DNA of 64,000 nucleotides from an uncultured delta proteobacterium. Its GTDB lineage: Bacteria; Myxococcota_A; Polyangia; Polyangiales; Polyangiaceae. Made by a program: the position numbers and the translations under genes. The notes under the pieces are model-generated. The model made no database searches, had not been told where the DNA came from, and was given only the letters and a program-made list of their open reading frames with translations. The stretch spans positions 32,001 to 96,000 of the forward strand of contig CAWKKR010000011.1 of assembly GCA_963850305.1 (NCBI GenBank), written 5' to 3'. The first letter of the stretch is position 1; each line of letters begins with the position of its first letter. Positions 31,357-46,574 of the stretch are shown here, piece after piece.

Positions 31357-32529
31357 GTGGCCATTCTTTTCATCGCTCTTTTCAACAGCATCCTCGGTCT
31401 CTCGGTTCTGTTTCCGATCCTGGCGCCTCTCGGGCGCGTTCTCGGTCTCACGGAGCTGCAGGTCGGGAGTCTCTCGACGGCCTATGCGCTGATGCAGCTC
31501 GTCGCGAGCCCGCTCTGGGGCAAGCGGAGCGAGCGCGTCGGTCGAAAGCCGGTGCTCCTTACGGGAGTGCTCGGCTTCGCTGGCGGGTTCCTGGCGTTTG
31601 GCGTCGTGTGCGCGCTCGGGGTGAGCCACGAGCTGTCGCCGACTCCGCTCTACCTTCTTCTCGTACTCTCGCGCGCCGGGGGCGGGATGTTCTCGTCAGC
31701 GACGATCCCGACGGCGCAGGCTTACGTCGCCGACATCACGGGCCGCGAGGATCGGACTTCGGGGATGGCCGTCATCGGCGCCGCGTTCGGGCTCGGGATC
31801 ATCTTCGGCCCGGCTATCGGCGCCGGGCTCGCCACGGTGAGCCTGCTCGCCCCCATCTACTTCTCGGCCGGGCTGGCCCTGGTGAACGCGTTCTTCATCG
31901 CCTTCCGTCTGAAAGAGCCGGAGCGCCATGTGCGGTCGACCCCCCCTGCGCTCGGTCCCGTCGCGATGAAGGTGTGGCCCCTGCTCTGCGTGGGCGTCGC
32001 CGTCAGCCTGGCGTCCGTCGCGATGGAGCAGACCATCGGATTCTATTTCCAGGATCGACTGCACTTGTCACCGCGCGGCACGGCGGAAGCCGTGGGCATT
32101 GCCCTGGTCTCGTACGGCGTCGTCGCTGTCCTCGCTCAGGGGTTCATCGTCCGGAGATTCAAATGGTCCCCGCTGCGTTTGCTGGGGCGCGGGTTACCGT
32201 GCGCGCTCGCCGGCTTCGTAGGACTCATCGTGGCCCACACCATGTTGGGACTGACGCTTGCCCTGACGATTCAAGGGTTTGGTCAGGGACTGGCCGCGCC
32301 CGGAGTTACGGCGGCGATCTCGCTCGGTGCGACCGAAGATGAGCAAGGCGCAGTGGCGGGACTGAACGGCTCCGCGCAAGCACTGGGACGCCTGCTCGGC
32401 CCCGTGGTGGGGACCGGCCTTTACCAGATTCGACCGGAGTACCCGTATGGTTTCAGCGCCGGACTGCTGGTCCTCGTGCTGCTCGTCCTCGGATTCAGCC
32501 CGCGGTTGCGCGGCGCCGTGGGCTCGTAA
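31357..32529 (+). CDS. MFS transporter (TetA/DHA1-like)
   Basis: GKRSERVGRKPV motif A, AQAYVADIT, GAAFGLGIIFGP; ~12 TM segments. Confidence 0.92.
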   Translation: MAILFIALFNSILGLSVLFPILAPLGRVLGLTELQVGSLSTAYALMQLVASPLWGKRSERVGRKPVLLTGVLGFAGGFLAFGVVCALGVSHELSPTPLYLLLVLSRAGGGMFSSATIPTAQAYVADITGREDRTSGMAVIGAAFGLGIIFGPAIGAGLATVSLLAPIYFSAGLALVNAFFIAFRLKEPERHVRSTPPALGPVAMKVWPLLCVGVAVSLASVAMEQTIGFYFQDRLHLSPRGTAEAVGIALVSYGVVAVLAQGFIVRRFKWSPLRLLGRGLPCALAGFVGLIVAHTMLGLTLALTIQGFGQGLAAPGVTAAISLGATEDEQGAVAGLNGSAQALGRLLGPVVGTGLYQIRPEYPYGFSAGLLVLVLLVLGFSPRLRGAVGS

Positions 32530-32638
32530 CCAGGCGCCGTTCATCGACAAAGGCGGGACGAAGCAAAGCCATCATGCGGGAGGCCGCACCGGGATGAGTG
32601 AAACCGCTAAGTCCAGCCAATTCACGGCCCGCGCGCGG

Positions 32639-32713
32639 AGCGAGCCCGCCGAAGGCGGTGGGGGGGAGCGGTCGCGAAAGCGAGCCGGGGGGCAAGGCCG
32701 CAAGGCCCCCCTG
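32639..32713. repeat. REP-like multi-hairpin interspersed repeat, single copy
   Basis: agcgagcccgccgaaggcggtgggggggagcggtcgcgaaagcgagccggggggc...gccccccc matches the units at 41827-42070 and 57204-57496. Confidence 0.85.
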
Positions 32714-32929
32714 AAACCCAATTCCACGCCGCGCACCGTCGTTTCTGGATAGCGAGAAGCCTGTGACGCTTGCGGTGTAGGGAAGTGTCGGGGCCCACGA
32801 AGGGACAATCGCACGTTGACCCCGTGGTGCATCGCGAGCGTCGCGCGACGCTCGCGCAAAAAGAACATGACCGTCACCGGAGGCCGCCTTCCAGGAGGCG
32901 GATCGTGCGACTATCGTCGGAGGGAATCC

Positions 32930-37183
<4,254 letters not shown>

Positions 37184-37187
<4 letters not shown>

Positions 37188-40100
37188 ACACCACCTTGGT
37201 GGGCAGACTCCTCGGCTTGGCCTTGATCGTATCCTCCGCGTTCGGTGCGGCGGGCTGCACCACGAGCTCGTTCTGTTTCGCCAACTGCGATGGCCAGGGT
37301 GCGGGTGGCGCGGGCGGCGGGAACAACCAGGGCGGCCAAGCCGGCGTGGTGATCAGCGTGGGGACCGGAGGAGAGGTCATCAAGCTGACGGAGGGCGGGA
37401 CCAGCACGAGCTGCGGCACGGTCGAGATCCCGTGCAACGGGATCGACGACAACTGCAACGGGCAGGTCGACGAAGGCACGGACTACACCGATCCGAGTCA
37501 ATGCGGCACGTGCGCGAACAACTGCCGCGCCTTGCTATCGAACGTGGTTCAGACCTCCATCACGTGCACGCCGCCGCCCGCCGCAGAGCTCGGGACCGTC
37601 GCGGGCATTTGCAATTTCACGCAATGCGCGCAGGACTTCTACAACATCGACGGGAATGCGACGAACGGGTGCGAGTACTACTGTCCGTACGACCCGGACG
37701 GCGGCGTCACGATCGACATCAACAACCACGGGCACTGCGGGATCGACGACAACTGCAACGGCAAGATCGACGAGAATCTCGACACCTGCACGGACCCCAA
37801 CAACTGCGGCGCCTGCGGGAACTCGTGCGTGGTTCCGAACGGCACGGCCAAATGCGTGTCGACCGCGGCTCCGGGCGCAGCCTGCACGAAGGACAACACG
37901 TCATGCCAGGTCGACAAGTGCGACCCCGGCTGGTGGGCGCTCCCGGGCGGTGAGGGGTGCTGGTACCAGTGCACGCCGACGAATAACGGCGTCGAGATCT
38001 GCGATGGCCTCGACAACGACTGCGACAACAAGATCGACGACGCCGACCCCGATCTCCAGACGGGCGACCCGGCCATCGGGCAGAGCTGTCAGGGCGGGGC
38101 CGACGGCATCTGTGCCAATCCGGCCAACGCGGGCGTCAACAAGTGCATCCTGGGGGCGATCGCCTGCTGCGATGTCGACTCGAACAACACTCCGGCGCAG
38201 GACCCGAACCTGCCGGCCACAGGCCTCCTGAACGGCGAGTGTCACGGCACCGTCGGACCATTCGTGATTCATCCCGGCAGTGACCAGGAGACATGCAACG
38301 GCCTCGACGACGACTGCGACGGCACGGTCGACGACAACGTCGTCGACGTCGGCCAAGCCTGCGGTAGCTCCGTCGGCATCTGCAACAAGGGCGTCAATAT
38401 TTGCGTCAATGGTGCGCCCGTCTGCAACGGCGCCACGATGCCGTCGGCGACCGACCCGTGCAACGGCGTGGATGACAACTGCGACGGGGTCATCGACGGC
38501 ATCGTTCCCGCCAGCGGTGCCGTCGCTTGCACGTCCAACGCGAACTGCACGGGCGGCACCATCTGCATGGTCCGCTCGAGCGCCTCGGACAAGGTCTGTG
38601 CAACGCCGGACCCGGAAGTGGGTCAGGCATGCGATCCGCCGCCGACCGCACCCTGCGTGAACGCGTCGGGACAGCAGGTAGATTGTGGAACGGCCGGAGC
38701 GACTCCCGTTCCGCAGCCGTGCAAGGCCGGCACCTGGACGTGCGCCGGAGAGCTCGTGTGCACGGGCGCCGTAGGCAAGACCAGCTCGACCGATGCGTGC
38801 GGCGTGGACTCGAACTGCGACGGGCGCCTCGACGCACAACCCGATCTCCAGAACGACGTCGCAAACTGCGGCGCCTGCGGGCACAACTGCAACGTCGCGG
38901 GGGCACACGAGAACTTCACCTGCGTGAAGGGTGTCTGCACGGTCGGGGCACAAAAGTGCGTCGCCGGATACATCGACTGCGACAGCAACCCGAACGACTG
39001 CGAGCGCGCTTGCACGCCGAACGGCGCCGAGCTGTGCAACGGCGTGGACGACGACTGCAACTGCAAGATCGACGACGGCATCGTCCCACCGGCACCCTCA
39101 CAGGTGTGCGGCGTCTCGCCGAGCGCGTCCGATCCGAACTGCGGTGCCGGCGCAGTTCACGTCGCCTGCACCGGCGGCGCGTGGGGTTGCACTTTCCCGT
39201 CGGGTTATTGCAACCAGGGGACGCCCCCGAGCTGCTCGACGACGGCCGACGTTTGCGACGGCAAGGACAACAACTGCAACGGCGCGACGGACGAAAACCA
39301 GAAGTTGCCGGTTCTGACCACGGGCTACCTCGGAGAGGCGTGCGCGAGCGACGACGGTAAAGCCGCGCCTGGAGACGGCGCGTGCCGCGGCACGGGCGTT
39401 TACGTCTGCAACGGCACGAGCGCGACCAAGTGCAACGCCGTGCGAAACACCAGCGCCGCGAGCCAGGAAGTCTGCGACGGCGTGGACAACGATTGTGACG
39501 GGCTGGTCGACGAGACCTTCAACAACCCCGGGACGAACGCATTCTTCGTCAAACCGGCGGTCGTGAAGGTGAACTCGACGACGTGGATGTACCAATACGA
39601 AGCTAGCCGGCCGAATGCGACCGGATCGGCGCCGGGCACCGGCGACGGTTACTGGTGCACGGGGAGTGGTTGCGCGTCGGGCATCCCGGCCGCGCCCTCG
39701 GGCGTGACACTCGACAAGACTCCCGCTTGCTCGGCCGCCTCGAAGATCCCGTGGTTCAACGTGACGCCCGCCGAGGTCGAGGAAACGTGCAACGCGATGG
39801 GCGGTACCGCGTGCCCCACGAGCGTGTTCACGACGGCGTGCCAGTCGAGCACCGGATCGTGTTCCTGGGGGTACTCGACGGCTTGCACGACGAGCCCCGC
39901 TACGCTCACCGCGGGCGATGGCACCGTCTACTACGACACCAGCAAGACGCCATTCTGCAACCTCGGTCCGTACGACTTCGACGGTACGCCCGGGGCGCCG
40001 AACTCCGACGGCCTTCTGCCGACGGGCGGCGGCGGGATCCTCAAGGGCTGTTATGCGCCGTTCGGCGGCGGTGCCTCGACGAGCCTCTTCGACATTACCG

Positions 40101-40288
40101 GCAACCTGCGCGAGATCACGAAGACCGGCAGCGGCGGGAGCGCAACTTACCCGGTGATGGGTGGCGCGTTCGATACACAGGTGGACACCGGTGCGGCGTG
40201 TACATTCACCTTCTACACGGTGGCGTCGACGTTCAGCCTCTACGACACCGGGTTCCGGTGCTGCTTCACGAGCGATCCGACTCAGTAG
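37184..40288 (+). CDS. Cys-rich lipoprotein with ~9 CDGxDNDCDG repeats, NCGACG repeats and C-terminal FGE-sulfatase/C-type-lectin-like domain
   Basis: Lipobox AAG-C; ATG overlaps the upstream TGA; C-terminal YEASRP...PWFNVT...LFDITGNLRE...GG.F...GFRCC. Confidence 0.88.
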
Positions 40289-40369
40289 ATGCCCATCGGC
40301 GAGAGCGCCTTCCCCGAAGCATGAAGCTCGGGTCGTCGCGTGGACGGTGGAGTCGAGTGTATCCTGCCG

Positions 40370-40530
40370 CGGCGTCGGGAACGAGGTCGGCCGTGACTTG
40401 GTGCCAAGAACCCGTTCAGTAGATGGACCCGGAGCCCTGCGAGCACCCCGAATTGTGACCGCGGGTCGAAAGATCCGGGAGCACGCCTAGTAGACTTCGA
40501 TGACGAGGGCTCCTCTCGACGCGCCGAAAG
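40370..40530 (+). ncRNA. Putative bridge RNA of the IS110 element (boundaries approximate)
   Basis: Non-coding left end contains TCAGTAG (40416-40422, matches left target + core) and then CCTAGTAG (40486-40493, matches left donor + core), the latter inside a ggagc/gctcc stem. Confidence 0.6.
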
Positions 40531-40542
40531 GAGGAGATGGTC

Positions 40543-41769
40543 ATGGAAGTCATGTATCCCCGTTGCGCGGGCCTCGACGTCCACAAGGATAGCGTCGTTG
40601 CCTGCGTGCGCTGCGTCAGCGAACCAACGCGGCGCGAGGTCCGAACGTTCGGCACGACCACACGTAGCCTCTTCGAGCTGGCGGAATGGCTCGAGGAGCA
40701 CGGCGTGACCCACGTGGCGATGGAGGCCACCGGCGTGTACTGGAAGCCGGTCTGGCACATGCTCGAAGGGAGCTTCGAACTCGTGCTCGCGAACGCCCAG
40801 CACATTCGCAACGTGCCAGGGCGCAAGACCGACGTGAACGACGCGACGTGGATCGCCGATCTGCTCGCGCACGGGCTGATCCGCAGCAGTTTCGTGCCTC
40901 CTGCGCGAATCCAGGAGCTGCGCGATCTCACTCGAACGCGCAAGCAGCTCGTGCGAGAAATCGCCCAGCACACGCTGCGCATACAGAAAACGCTCGAGGA
41001 CTCGAACATCAAGGTCGCGAGCGTCCTGTCCAGCGTGCTCGGGACCAGCGGCCGGGCGATGCTCGCCGCTCTCATCGCCGGAGAAGATGACCCCGAGCGC
41101 CTTGCCGATCTCGAGGTCGGTACCGCGCGCAAGAAGAGGGCCGACTTGATCGAAGCGCTGCGCGGGCGGGTTACCCCTCATCACCGAGCCATGCTGAAGC
41201 TGCATCTCGGCGTCATCGGCTCGCTCGAAGGGGCCCTGGCCGAGATCGATGCAGCTGCGGGAAAAGCGCTGGAGCCGATCCGGGCGCACGCCGAGATCCT
41301 GACGACGATGCCGGGAGTGAGTGACATCGTCGCGAACGTGATCGTGGCGGAGATCGGCGTCGACATGTCGCGCTTCCCGTCTGCGGGACACCTCGTGTCC
41401 TGGGCCGGCCTCTGCCCCCGCAACGACGAGAGCGCCGGCAAGCGTCGCTCGACGCGCGTCCGCAAGAGCGCCAACTGGCTCAAGACGACGCTCGTCACAT
41501 CCGCCTGGGCCGCGGTGCGCACGAAGGAAAGCTACCTTCGAGCCCAGTTTCTCCGGCTCAAGTCCCGCCGTGGAGCAAAGAAGGCGATCTTGGCCGTCGC
41601 CGCATCGATGCTCACCGCCGCCTTCTACATGCTCCGCGACGGCACTCCCTACCGCGACCTCGGACCCCATCACTTCGACCGCCGCGACCAGAGCAAGACC
41701 ATCAAACGCCTCGTCCGCCGCTTGACCGACCTCGGCTGCGAAGTCGAGATCAAACCTCATGCGGCGTAG
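40543..41769 (+). CDS. IS110 family transposase/recombinase
   Basis: DEDD RuvC-like motifs GLDVHK, MEATG, KTDVNDA; Tnp-domain serine motif PRNDESAGK; AAGGAGG RBS. Confidence 0.96.
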   Translation: MEVMYPRCAGLDVHKDSVVACVRCVSEPTRREVRTFGTTTRSLFELAEWLEEHGVTHVAMEATGVYWKPVWHMLEGSFELVLANAQHIRNVPGRKTDVNDATWIADLLAHGLIRSSFVPPARIQELRDLTRTRKQLVREIAQHTLRIQKTLEDSNIKVASVLSSVLGTSGRAMLAALIAGEDDPERLADLEVGTARKKRADLIEALRGRVTPHHRAMLKLHLGVIGSLEGALAEIDAAAGKALEPIRAHAEILTTMPGVSDIVANVIVAEIGVDMSRFPSAGHLVSWAGLCPRNDESAGKRRSTRVRKSANWLKTTLVTSAWAAVRTKESYLRAQFLRLKSRRGAKKAILAVAASMLTAAFYMLRDGTPYRDLGPHHFDRRDQSKTIKRLVRRLTDLGCEVEIKPHAA

Positions 41770-41826
41770 AGCTTCCTAGTAGTTCCGCACCGACGAGCAC
41801 CGTCGTCCCCGAGGGATCAAAGAGCT

Positions 41827-42070
41827 GCGGAACTACGCGAGCGCAGCGAGCGCGCCGAAGGCGGCGGGGGAGCGGTCGCGGAGCGAGCCGCGGGGGCAAG
41901 GCTCCCTTTGTCAATAGTAGCGCAGCGAGTACCGGGGGGAGGGGTTGCGTAGCAAGCCCCGGGGGGCGGGCAACGCCTGGAAGGCCCCCCTTGAGCAAAG
42001 CGAGCCCGCCGAAGGCGGCGGGGGGAGCGGTTGCGAAGCAAGTCGCGGGGGCCAAAGGTCCCCTTTTGTC
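41827..42070. repeat. Cluster of three REP-like multi-hairpin repeats
   Basis: Three diverged units (~41827-41910, 41920-41992, 41995-42070); the first starts gcggaactacgcgagcgcagcgagc, identical to 57204. Confidence 0.85.
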
Positions 42071-43067
42071 AGTGACGCTCAGGAGCGCCCGAGGCTTTCG
42101 ACCCGACACGGCGGCGGAACGCCTTCGTCGCCGGAGCGGTGTTCCGGGTGCGAGCACCAGCGCACTCACGGCGCGCCTCCGCGAGCCGCGCCGTGAGGTG
42201 CTCGACGAGAAAGTCCCGGAGCAGCGCCACACGCGAAGGGACGTGGACCGACGTCGGCAGGACGACGTGCACACCCCCACCCTCGAACGTGTATCCGCCC
42301 AGCACCAGCTCGAGTTCGTCGCGGCGAACGAACTCGCGCGCCAGCGCCACCGGAAGCAGGGCGATGCCCGCGCCGGCCGCCGCCAACCGGCCGACGAATT
42401 CCATCTCGTCAGCCGAGACCCTGCTCGAAACCTCAATCGACTCATCGCCGTTCGGTCCGCTCATGGTCCACGTCGCCCGTCCGCCGCGGCCGCGAAACAG
42501 GACGCACCCGTGGTGACGAAGGTCCGCGAGTTTCTCGGGGCGACCGCGCCGTCCGAGGTACGACGGTGCTCCGAACAGCGCCATGCTCGCCGCTCCAATC
42601 CGGCGTGCGACCAGCGAAGAGTCCACCAGTTTACCGGCACGAATCGCGAGGTCGACCCCCTCCGAAATGAGGTCCACGTTCCGCGCGGTGAGGATGAGCT
42701 CCACCTGAATCTTCGGGTACCGCGTAAGGAATTGGGCCACGATCTCGGGCAAGCCGAGCGACTGCGAGTCGGGGGGGCCGGTGAGGCGGACGGTGCCCCT
42801 CGGCTCGGAGCCATCCTCCTTCGCTGCATTCGCGGCGTCATCGACGTCCGCTACGGCCCGGCGCACGCGCTCGAAGAACGCCTGCCCGGCGTCGGTCGTC
42901 GCGAGCCGTCGGGTCGATCTGTGAAGGAGCCGGACGCCGAGAGATTCCTCGAGCCGCGCCACGCCACGACTCACCGACGACTTCTGGACGCCGAGCTTTT
43001 CTGCGACAGCGGTGAAGCTTCCCAGTTGCACGACTTGAACGAACAGGGAGACGTCGTTGTAGTCCAC
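42069..43067 (-). CDS. LysR family transcriptional regulator
   Basis: GSFTAVAEKLGVQKSSVSRGVARLEESLGVRLLHRSTR HTH; EGVDLAIRAG. Confidence 0.95.
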   Translation of the reverse strand: MDYNDVSLFVQVVQLGSFTAVAEKLGVQKSSVSRGVARLEESLGVRLLHRSTRRLATTDAGQAFFERVRRAVADVDDAANAAKEDGSEPRGTVRLTGPPDSQSLGLPEIVAQFLTRYPKIQVELILTARNVDLISEGVDLAIRAGKLVDSSLVARRIGAASMALFGAPSYLGRRGRPEKLADLRHHGCVLFRGRGGRATWTMSGPNGDESIEVSSRVSADEMEFVGRLAAAGAGIALLPVALAREFVRRDELELVLGGYTFEGGGVHVVLPTSVHVPSRVALLRDFLVEHLTARLAEARRECAGARTRNTAPATKAFRRRVGSKASGAPERH

Positions 43068-43157
43068 TGTTGCGAAAATAACATCAATGTGTTTCTTTTC
43101 AACCAGCTTGTTCGACATTTTGCAACGACCCATGTTCCCGCCGAAGGGAAGGTCACC

Positions 43158-43604
43158 ATGACTCGAAACAAGCTCACCTCTGGCGTTCGCATACTGCTCG
43201 GAACCGCTTTCTTCGTCTTCGGACTCAACGGATTCCTCCACTTCATCCCGATGCCTCCACCGCCGCCCCGGGCGGGAGCGTTCTTCGGTGCCCTGCTGGC
43301 CACCGGGTACATGTTTCCCCTCATCAAGGGAACGGAAGTGGCCATGAGCACCCTGCTCCTTGCGAACCGGTTCGTGCCGCTCGCACTGACGATTCTCGCG
43401 CCTGTACTGGTGAACATCCTGGCGTTCCACCTGTTCCTGGCGCCCGCGGCATTGCCGCTTCCGCTGTTGCTGCTCGCTGCGGAGCTGTTCCTGGCTTACC
43501 GCTATCGCAGTGCCTTCGCGCCAATGCTCGCGGCGCGTGTGGACGCGACCTCCGAGCACCCGGCGGCGCGGAGTGTCCGCGGGGAGCTGCATCCGGCTTC
43601 GTGA
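43158..43604 (+). CDS. DoxX family membrane protein
   Basis: RILLG..FFVFGLNGF, TGYMFPLIK, PVLVNILAFH motifs; divergent from the LysR gene. Confidence 0.88.
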   Translation: MTRNKLTSGVRILLGTAFFVFGLNGFLHFIPMPPPPPRAGAFFGALLATGYMFPLIKGTEVAMSTLLLANRFVPLALTILAPVLVNILAFHLFLAPAALPLPLLLLAAELFLAYRYRSAFAPMLAARVDATSEHPAARSVRGELHPAS

Positions 43605-43620
43605 GCGTTACCCCGTGCGT

Positions 43621-43655
43621 GAGCCGCGGTGCCCGTGACGGGACACCGCGGCTTC
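43621..43655. terminator. Hairpin between convergent genes (possible terminator)
   Basis: gagccgcggtg-cccgtgacggga-caccgcggcttc; no clear U tract. Confidence 0.45.
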
Positions 43656-43692
43656 CACGTTCTCACGTGAACCGGGCGTTCTCCGGCAAAAA

Positions 43693-45432
43693 TCAGAATT
43701 CGGCAGGATCCGTGTAGGTCCCGAACACGTCTCGGAGGACGTCACAGATCTCCTGCTGCGTCGCGTACGCTTTCGCAGCCACGATTATCGACGGTACGAG
43801 GTTCCGCTGCTCCGTCGCTTCGCGGCGCACGCTCTCGAGAGCAGCCATGACGGCCGGACCCGATCTCCCGGCCTTGACGCGACGGAGGTTCTCCACCTGC
43901 TCTTTCTGAACGGCCTCGTCGATCTTCAGCGTCGGGATGTGTCCGCCGGCTTCTCGCTCGTGTCGGAAACGATTCACGCCCACGACGACTCGCTCGCCGG
44001 CGTTGATGAGGCGCTCGAGCTCGTAGGCGCTTCGAGCGATTTCACGCTGCGGATAGCCGCTCTCGATGGCGCGGAGCATGCCGCCCATGCCGTCGATCCG
44101 GCGGATGTACTCGTCCGCCCGTCGCTCCAGCTCGTCCGTGAGCGACTCGAGGTAGTAGCTGCCGCCCAGCGGATCGACGGTGTTCGCGACGCCGGTCTCG
44201 TGCGCGACGATCTGCTGCGTGCGGAGCGCGATAGTCACGGCCTCCTCGGTCGGCAGCGCATACGTCTCGTCGAGCGAGTTCGTGTGGAGAGACTGCGCAC
44301 CGCCAAGCACCGCGGCGAGAGCCTGGATCGCGACGCGTGCGACGTTGTTGTAGGGCTGCTCCGCGGTCAGAGAGACGCCAGCCGTCTGCGCGTGCGTCCT
44401 GAGCTTCAGACTGTTCGCGCTCTTCGCGCCGAACCTCTCTTTCATGAATCTCGCCCACATCCGACGCGCGGCGCGAAACTTCGCGATCTCTTCGAAGAAG
44501 TCGTTGTGCACATCGAAGAAGAAGCTCAGCCGCGGCGCGAACGCATCGACATCGAGCCCCCTCGCGACGCCCGCTTCCACGTAGGCGAGGCCGTCGGCGA
44601 GCGTGAACGCGAGCTCCTGCACGGCCGTCGCCCCCGCTTCGCGAATGTGATAGCCGCTGATGGAGACCGGGTTCCAGCGGGGCGTCTCGTGCGTCGAGAA
44701 CTCGATCGTATCGGTCACGAGGCGCATCGCCGGCGCGGGTGGCACGAGCCACGCGTGCTGCGCGATGAATTCCTTCAAGCAATCGTTCTGCGTCGTACCG
44801 CCGAGGGCGCTCCGCGGGACTCCGCGGAGGTCGGCGAGCGCCACGTAGAACGCGAAGAGCACGATCGCCGGGCCGTTGATGGTCATCGACGTCGTGATCT
44901 CGTCGAGCGGGATCCCCGAGAAAAGCACGTCCATGTCGCGCAGCGTGTCGATTGCGACGCCGCACATCCCCACCTCGCCGAGCGAGCGCGGAGAATCCGA
45001 GTCGTAGCCCATGAGCGTCGGAAAATCGAAGGCCGTGGAGAGCCCGGTCTGGCCTTCGCCGACGAGGAAGCGAAAACGCGCATTCGTCTGCTCCGGGGTT
45101 CCGAACCCGGCGAACATGCGCATCGTCCAGAGCCTTCCCCGGTACATGTTCGGCTGGACGCCTCGCGTGAAGGGGTACTGCCCCGGGAGGCCGAGCTTCT
45201 CGCGGTACCGGAGCTCGTGCTCCGCCGGTGTCACGACGTCCGGCACGGGAACCCCGCTCCACGTCTCGAACGACGAGGAGCGGGGCTTCATCCGTTCGTT
45301 CGCCTGCGCCAGCAATCCCCGCCGCCATTCCTCCACGTCGCGACGGATCGCATCGATCTCGGAGCCCGCGAGCGCCGGCATCTCGCCATTCGAAGTGAAC
45401 TCCGGTTCTTCGGCGATCGAGCTCCGCGGCAT
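43693..45432 (-). CDS. Cobalamin-dependent acyl-CoA mutase large subunit, isobutyryl-CoA mutase (IcmA)-type residues
   Basis: [43 protein letters not shown] and SLHTNSLDE motifs; no B12-binding domain. Confidence 0.92.
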   Translation of the reverse strand: MPRSSIAEEPEFTSNGEMPALAGSEIDAIRRDVEEWRRGLLAQANERMKPRSSSFETWSGVPVPDVVTPAEHELRYREKLGLPGQYPFTRGVQPNMYRGRLWTMRMFAGFGTPEQTNARFRFLVGEGQTGLSTAFDFPTLMGYDSDSPRSLGEVGMCGVAIDTLRDMDVLFSGIPLDEITTSMTINGPAIVLFAFYVALADLRGVPRSALGGTTQNDCLKEFIAQHAWLVPPAPAMRLVTDTIEFSTHETPRWNPVSISGYHIREAGATAVQELAFTLADGLAYVEAGVARGLDVDAFAPRLSFFFDVHNDFFEEIAKFRAARRMWARFMKERFGAKSANSLKLRTHAQTAGVSLTAEQPYNNVARVAIQALAAVLGGAQSLHTNSLDETYALPTEEAVTIALRTQQIVAHETGVANTVDPLGGSYYLESLTDELERRADEYIRRIDGMGGMLRAIESGYPQREIARSAYELERLINAGERVVVGVNRFRHEREAGGHIPTLKIDEAVQKEQVENLRRVKAGRSGPAVMAALESVRREATEQRNLVPSIIVAAKAYATQQEICDVLRDVFGTYTDPAEF

Positions 45433-45440
45433 GGGCTAGT

Positions 45441-46574
45441 TTACCCCGAGAAGCCCAGGAAGAGCTCGCGGGCACTTTTTCTCGGAAACTCGACGAACCG
45501 GTACGTGAGAGCGGACACGAGGAAGATCAGAACGAGCCGGACGACGGTGTAGCGGAGGCTCATCGTCGGATCTTCGAACGGATGCATCCCGAGGAGATGC
45601 CACAGGTAGAGCGAGTAACACATCGCGCCTGCGAGCTGCACGGGCGCAAGCGTGAACACGAACCGTATTGCGCGCGGAACGCCTCCGAGAAGTCCGAGCA
45701 ACAGAAGCGCGAAGCCGACCAGCAGGACGTCATTTAGCTCCGCGGAGACGACGAACGGCAATCGCGCGGCGAGAACATTGTCCCATGCGAGCGAGGCGAA
45801 CGTCAGGAGCGCCGCACCCGCGACGAATGCGCACGTCGACGTCGCGCGCGAAGCTAGAGGGCGCCGCACGTAGACCCCACAAATGGCCATACCAACGACG
45901 AAGTCATCGAGCCGACCGAAAGGTCCGTTTGCGGCGGGCAGGAGAAACGTAGGTTCCCCGTTCCAGAGGGTCGCCGGGTGGTATCGGACCACGAAAGCGA
46001 CCGCCCCGACGGCGAGCGTCACCGGCAGCGCGCCAATCCGCCGAAACGCGATGAGCAGCAGCGGGAAGGCGACGGAAAACCAGAACTCGACGCCCAGCGA
46101 CCAGAGCACCGCGTTGCAATGGACGAAGAAGTGACGACCGCTGAACACGAATGTGAACGTCGCCACCGACAGGGCCTCCTCGAGGTACCTGCGAAGGTCG
46201 ACATCGAACCGCGTCTCGAAGAGCAACGCGACGGCGAGGCACAGGTAGTAGAGCGGCAATAGTCGCCGCGCGCGCCGGACGTAGAAGGACAGTACGTCGC
46301 GCGCCGACCGAACGTCGCGCTGCCCGAGCGTGTAAGGCAGCGCCAGCACGAAGCCGGAGAGCACGAAGAACAGATTGACCCCGAGCCAGCCGTTTTCGAA
46401 AAACGTGTAAGGCGAGGCGAGGTACGCGCCGACGGGCAGTCCGGCGTCCTCCAGCCCCGGCGTCAGGTGCTGGGTCAGGAGATGGAAATAGAGGACCCCG
46501 AGGATCGCAAAGCCGCGAAGGCCGTTGATCACGGCGAGCCGAGGCGCGGAATGGGAGTCGACGGCGGCGGCCAT
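45441..46574 (-). CDS. Acyltransferase family 3 (OafA-like)
   Basis: NGLRGFAI, GVNLFFVLSGF, RRARRLLPLY, WSLGVEFWF and YSLYLWH motifs. Confidence 0.93.
   Translation of the reverse strand: MAAAVDSHSAPRLAVINGLRGFAILGVLYFHLLTQHLTPGLEDAGLPVGAYLASPYTFFENGWLGVNLFFVLSGFVLALPYTLGQRDVRSARDVLSFYVRRARRLLPLYYLCLAVALLFETRFDVDLRRYLEEALSVATFTFVFSGRHFFVHCNAVLWSLGVEFWFSVAFPLLLIAFRRIGALPVTLAVGAVAFVVRYHPATLWNGEPTFLLPAANGPFGRLDDFVVGMAICGVYVRRPLASRATSTCAFVAGAALLTFASLAWDNVLAARLPFVVSAELNDVLLVGFALLLLGLLGGVPRAIRFVFTLAPVQLAGAMCYSLYLWHLLGMHPFEDPTMSLRYTVVRLVLIFLVSALTYRFVEFPRKSARELFLGFSG

Larger units (their letters stand above)
40289..41782 (+). mobile_element. IS110-family insertion sequence (~1.49 kb), AGTAG at both junctions
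   Basis: Transposase ORF; AGTAG at 40284-40288 and 41778-41782; ~250-bp non-coding left end and ~10-bp right end. Confidence 0.88.

Noticed and set aside
39540..40288. Diversity-generating retroelement target (CLec/FGE C-terminus ending GFRCC)
   Set aside because: No reverse transcriptase and no second near-copy (template repeat) of the 3' end are visible in the window; a remote DGR cannot be excluded.
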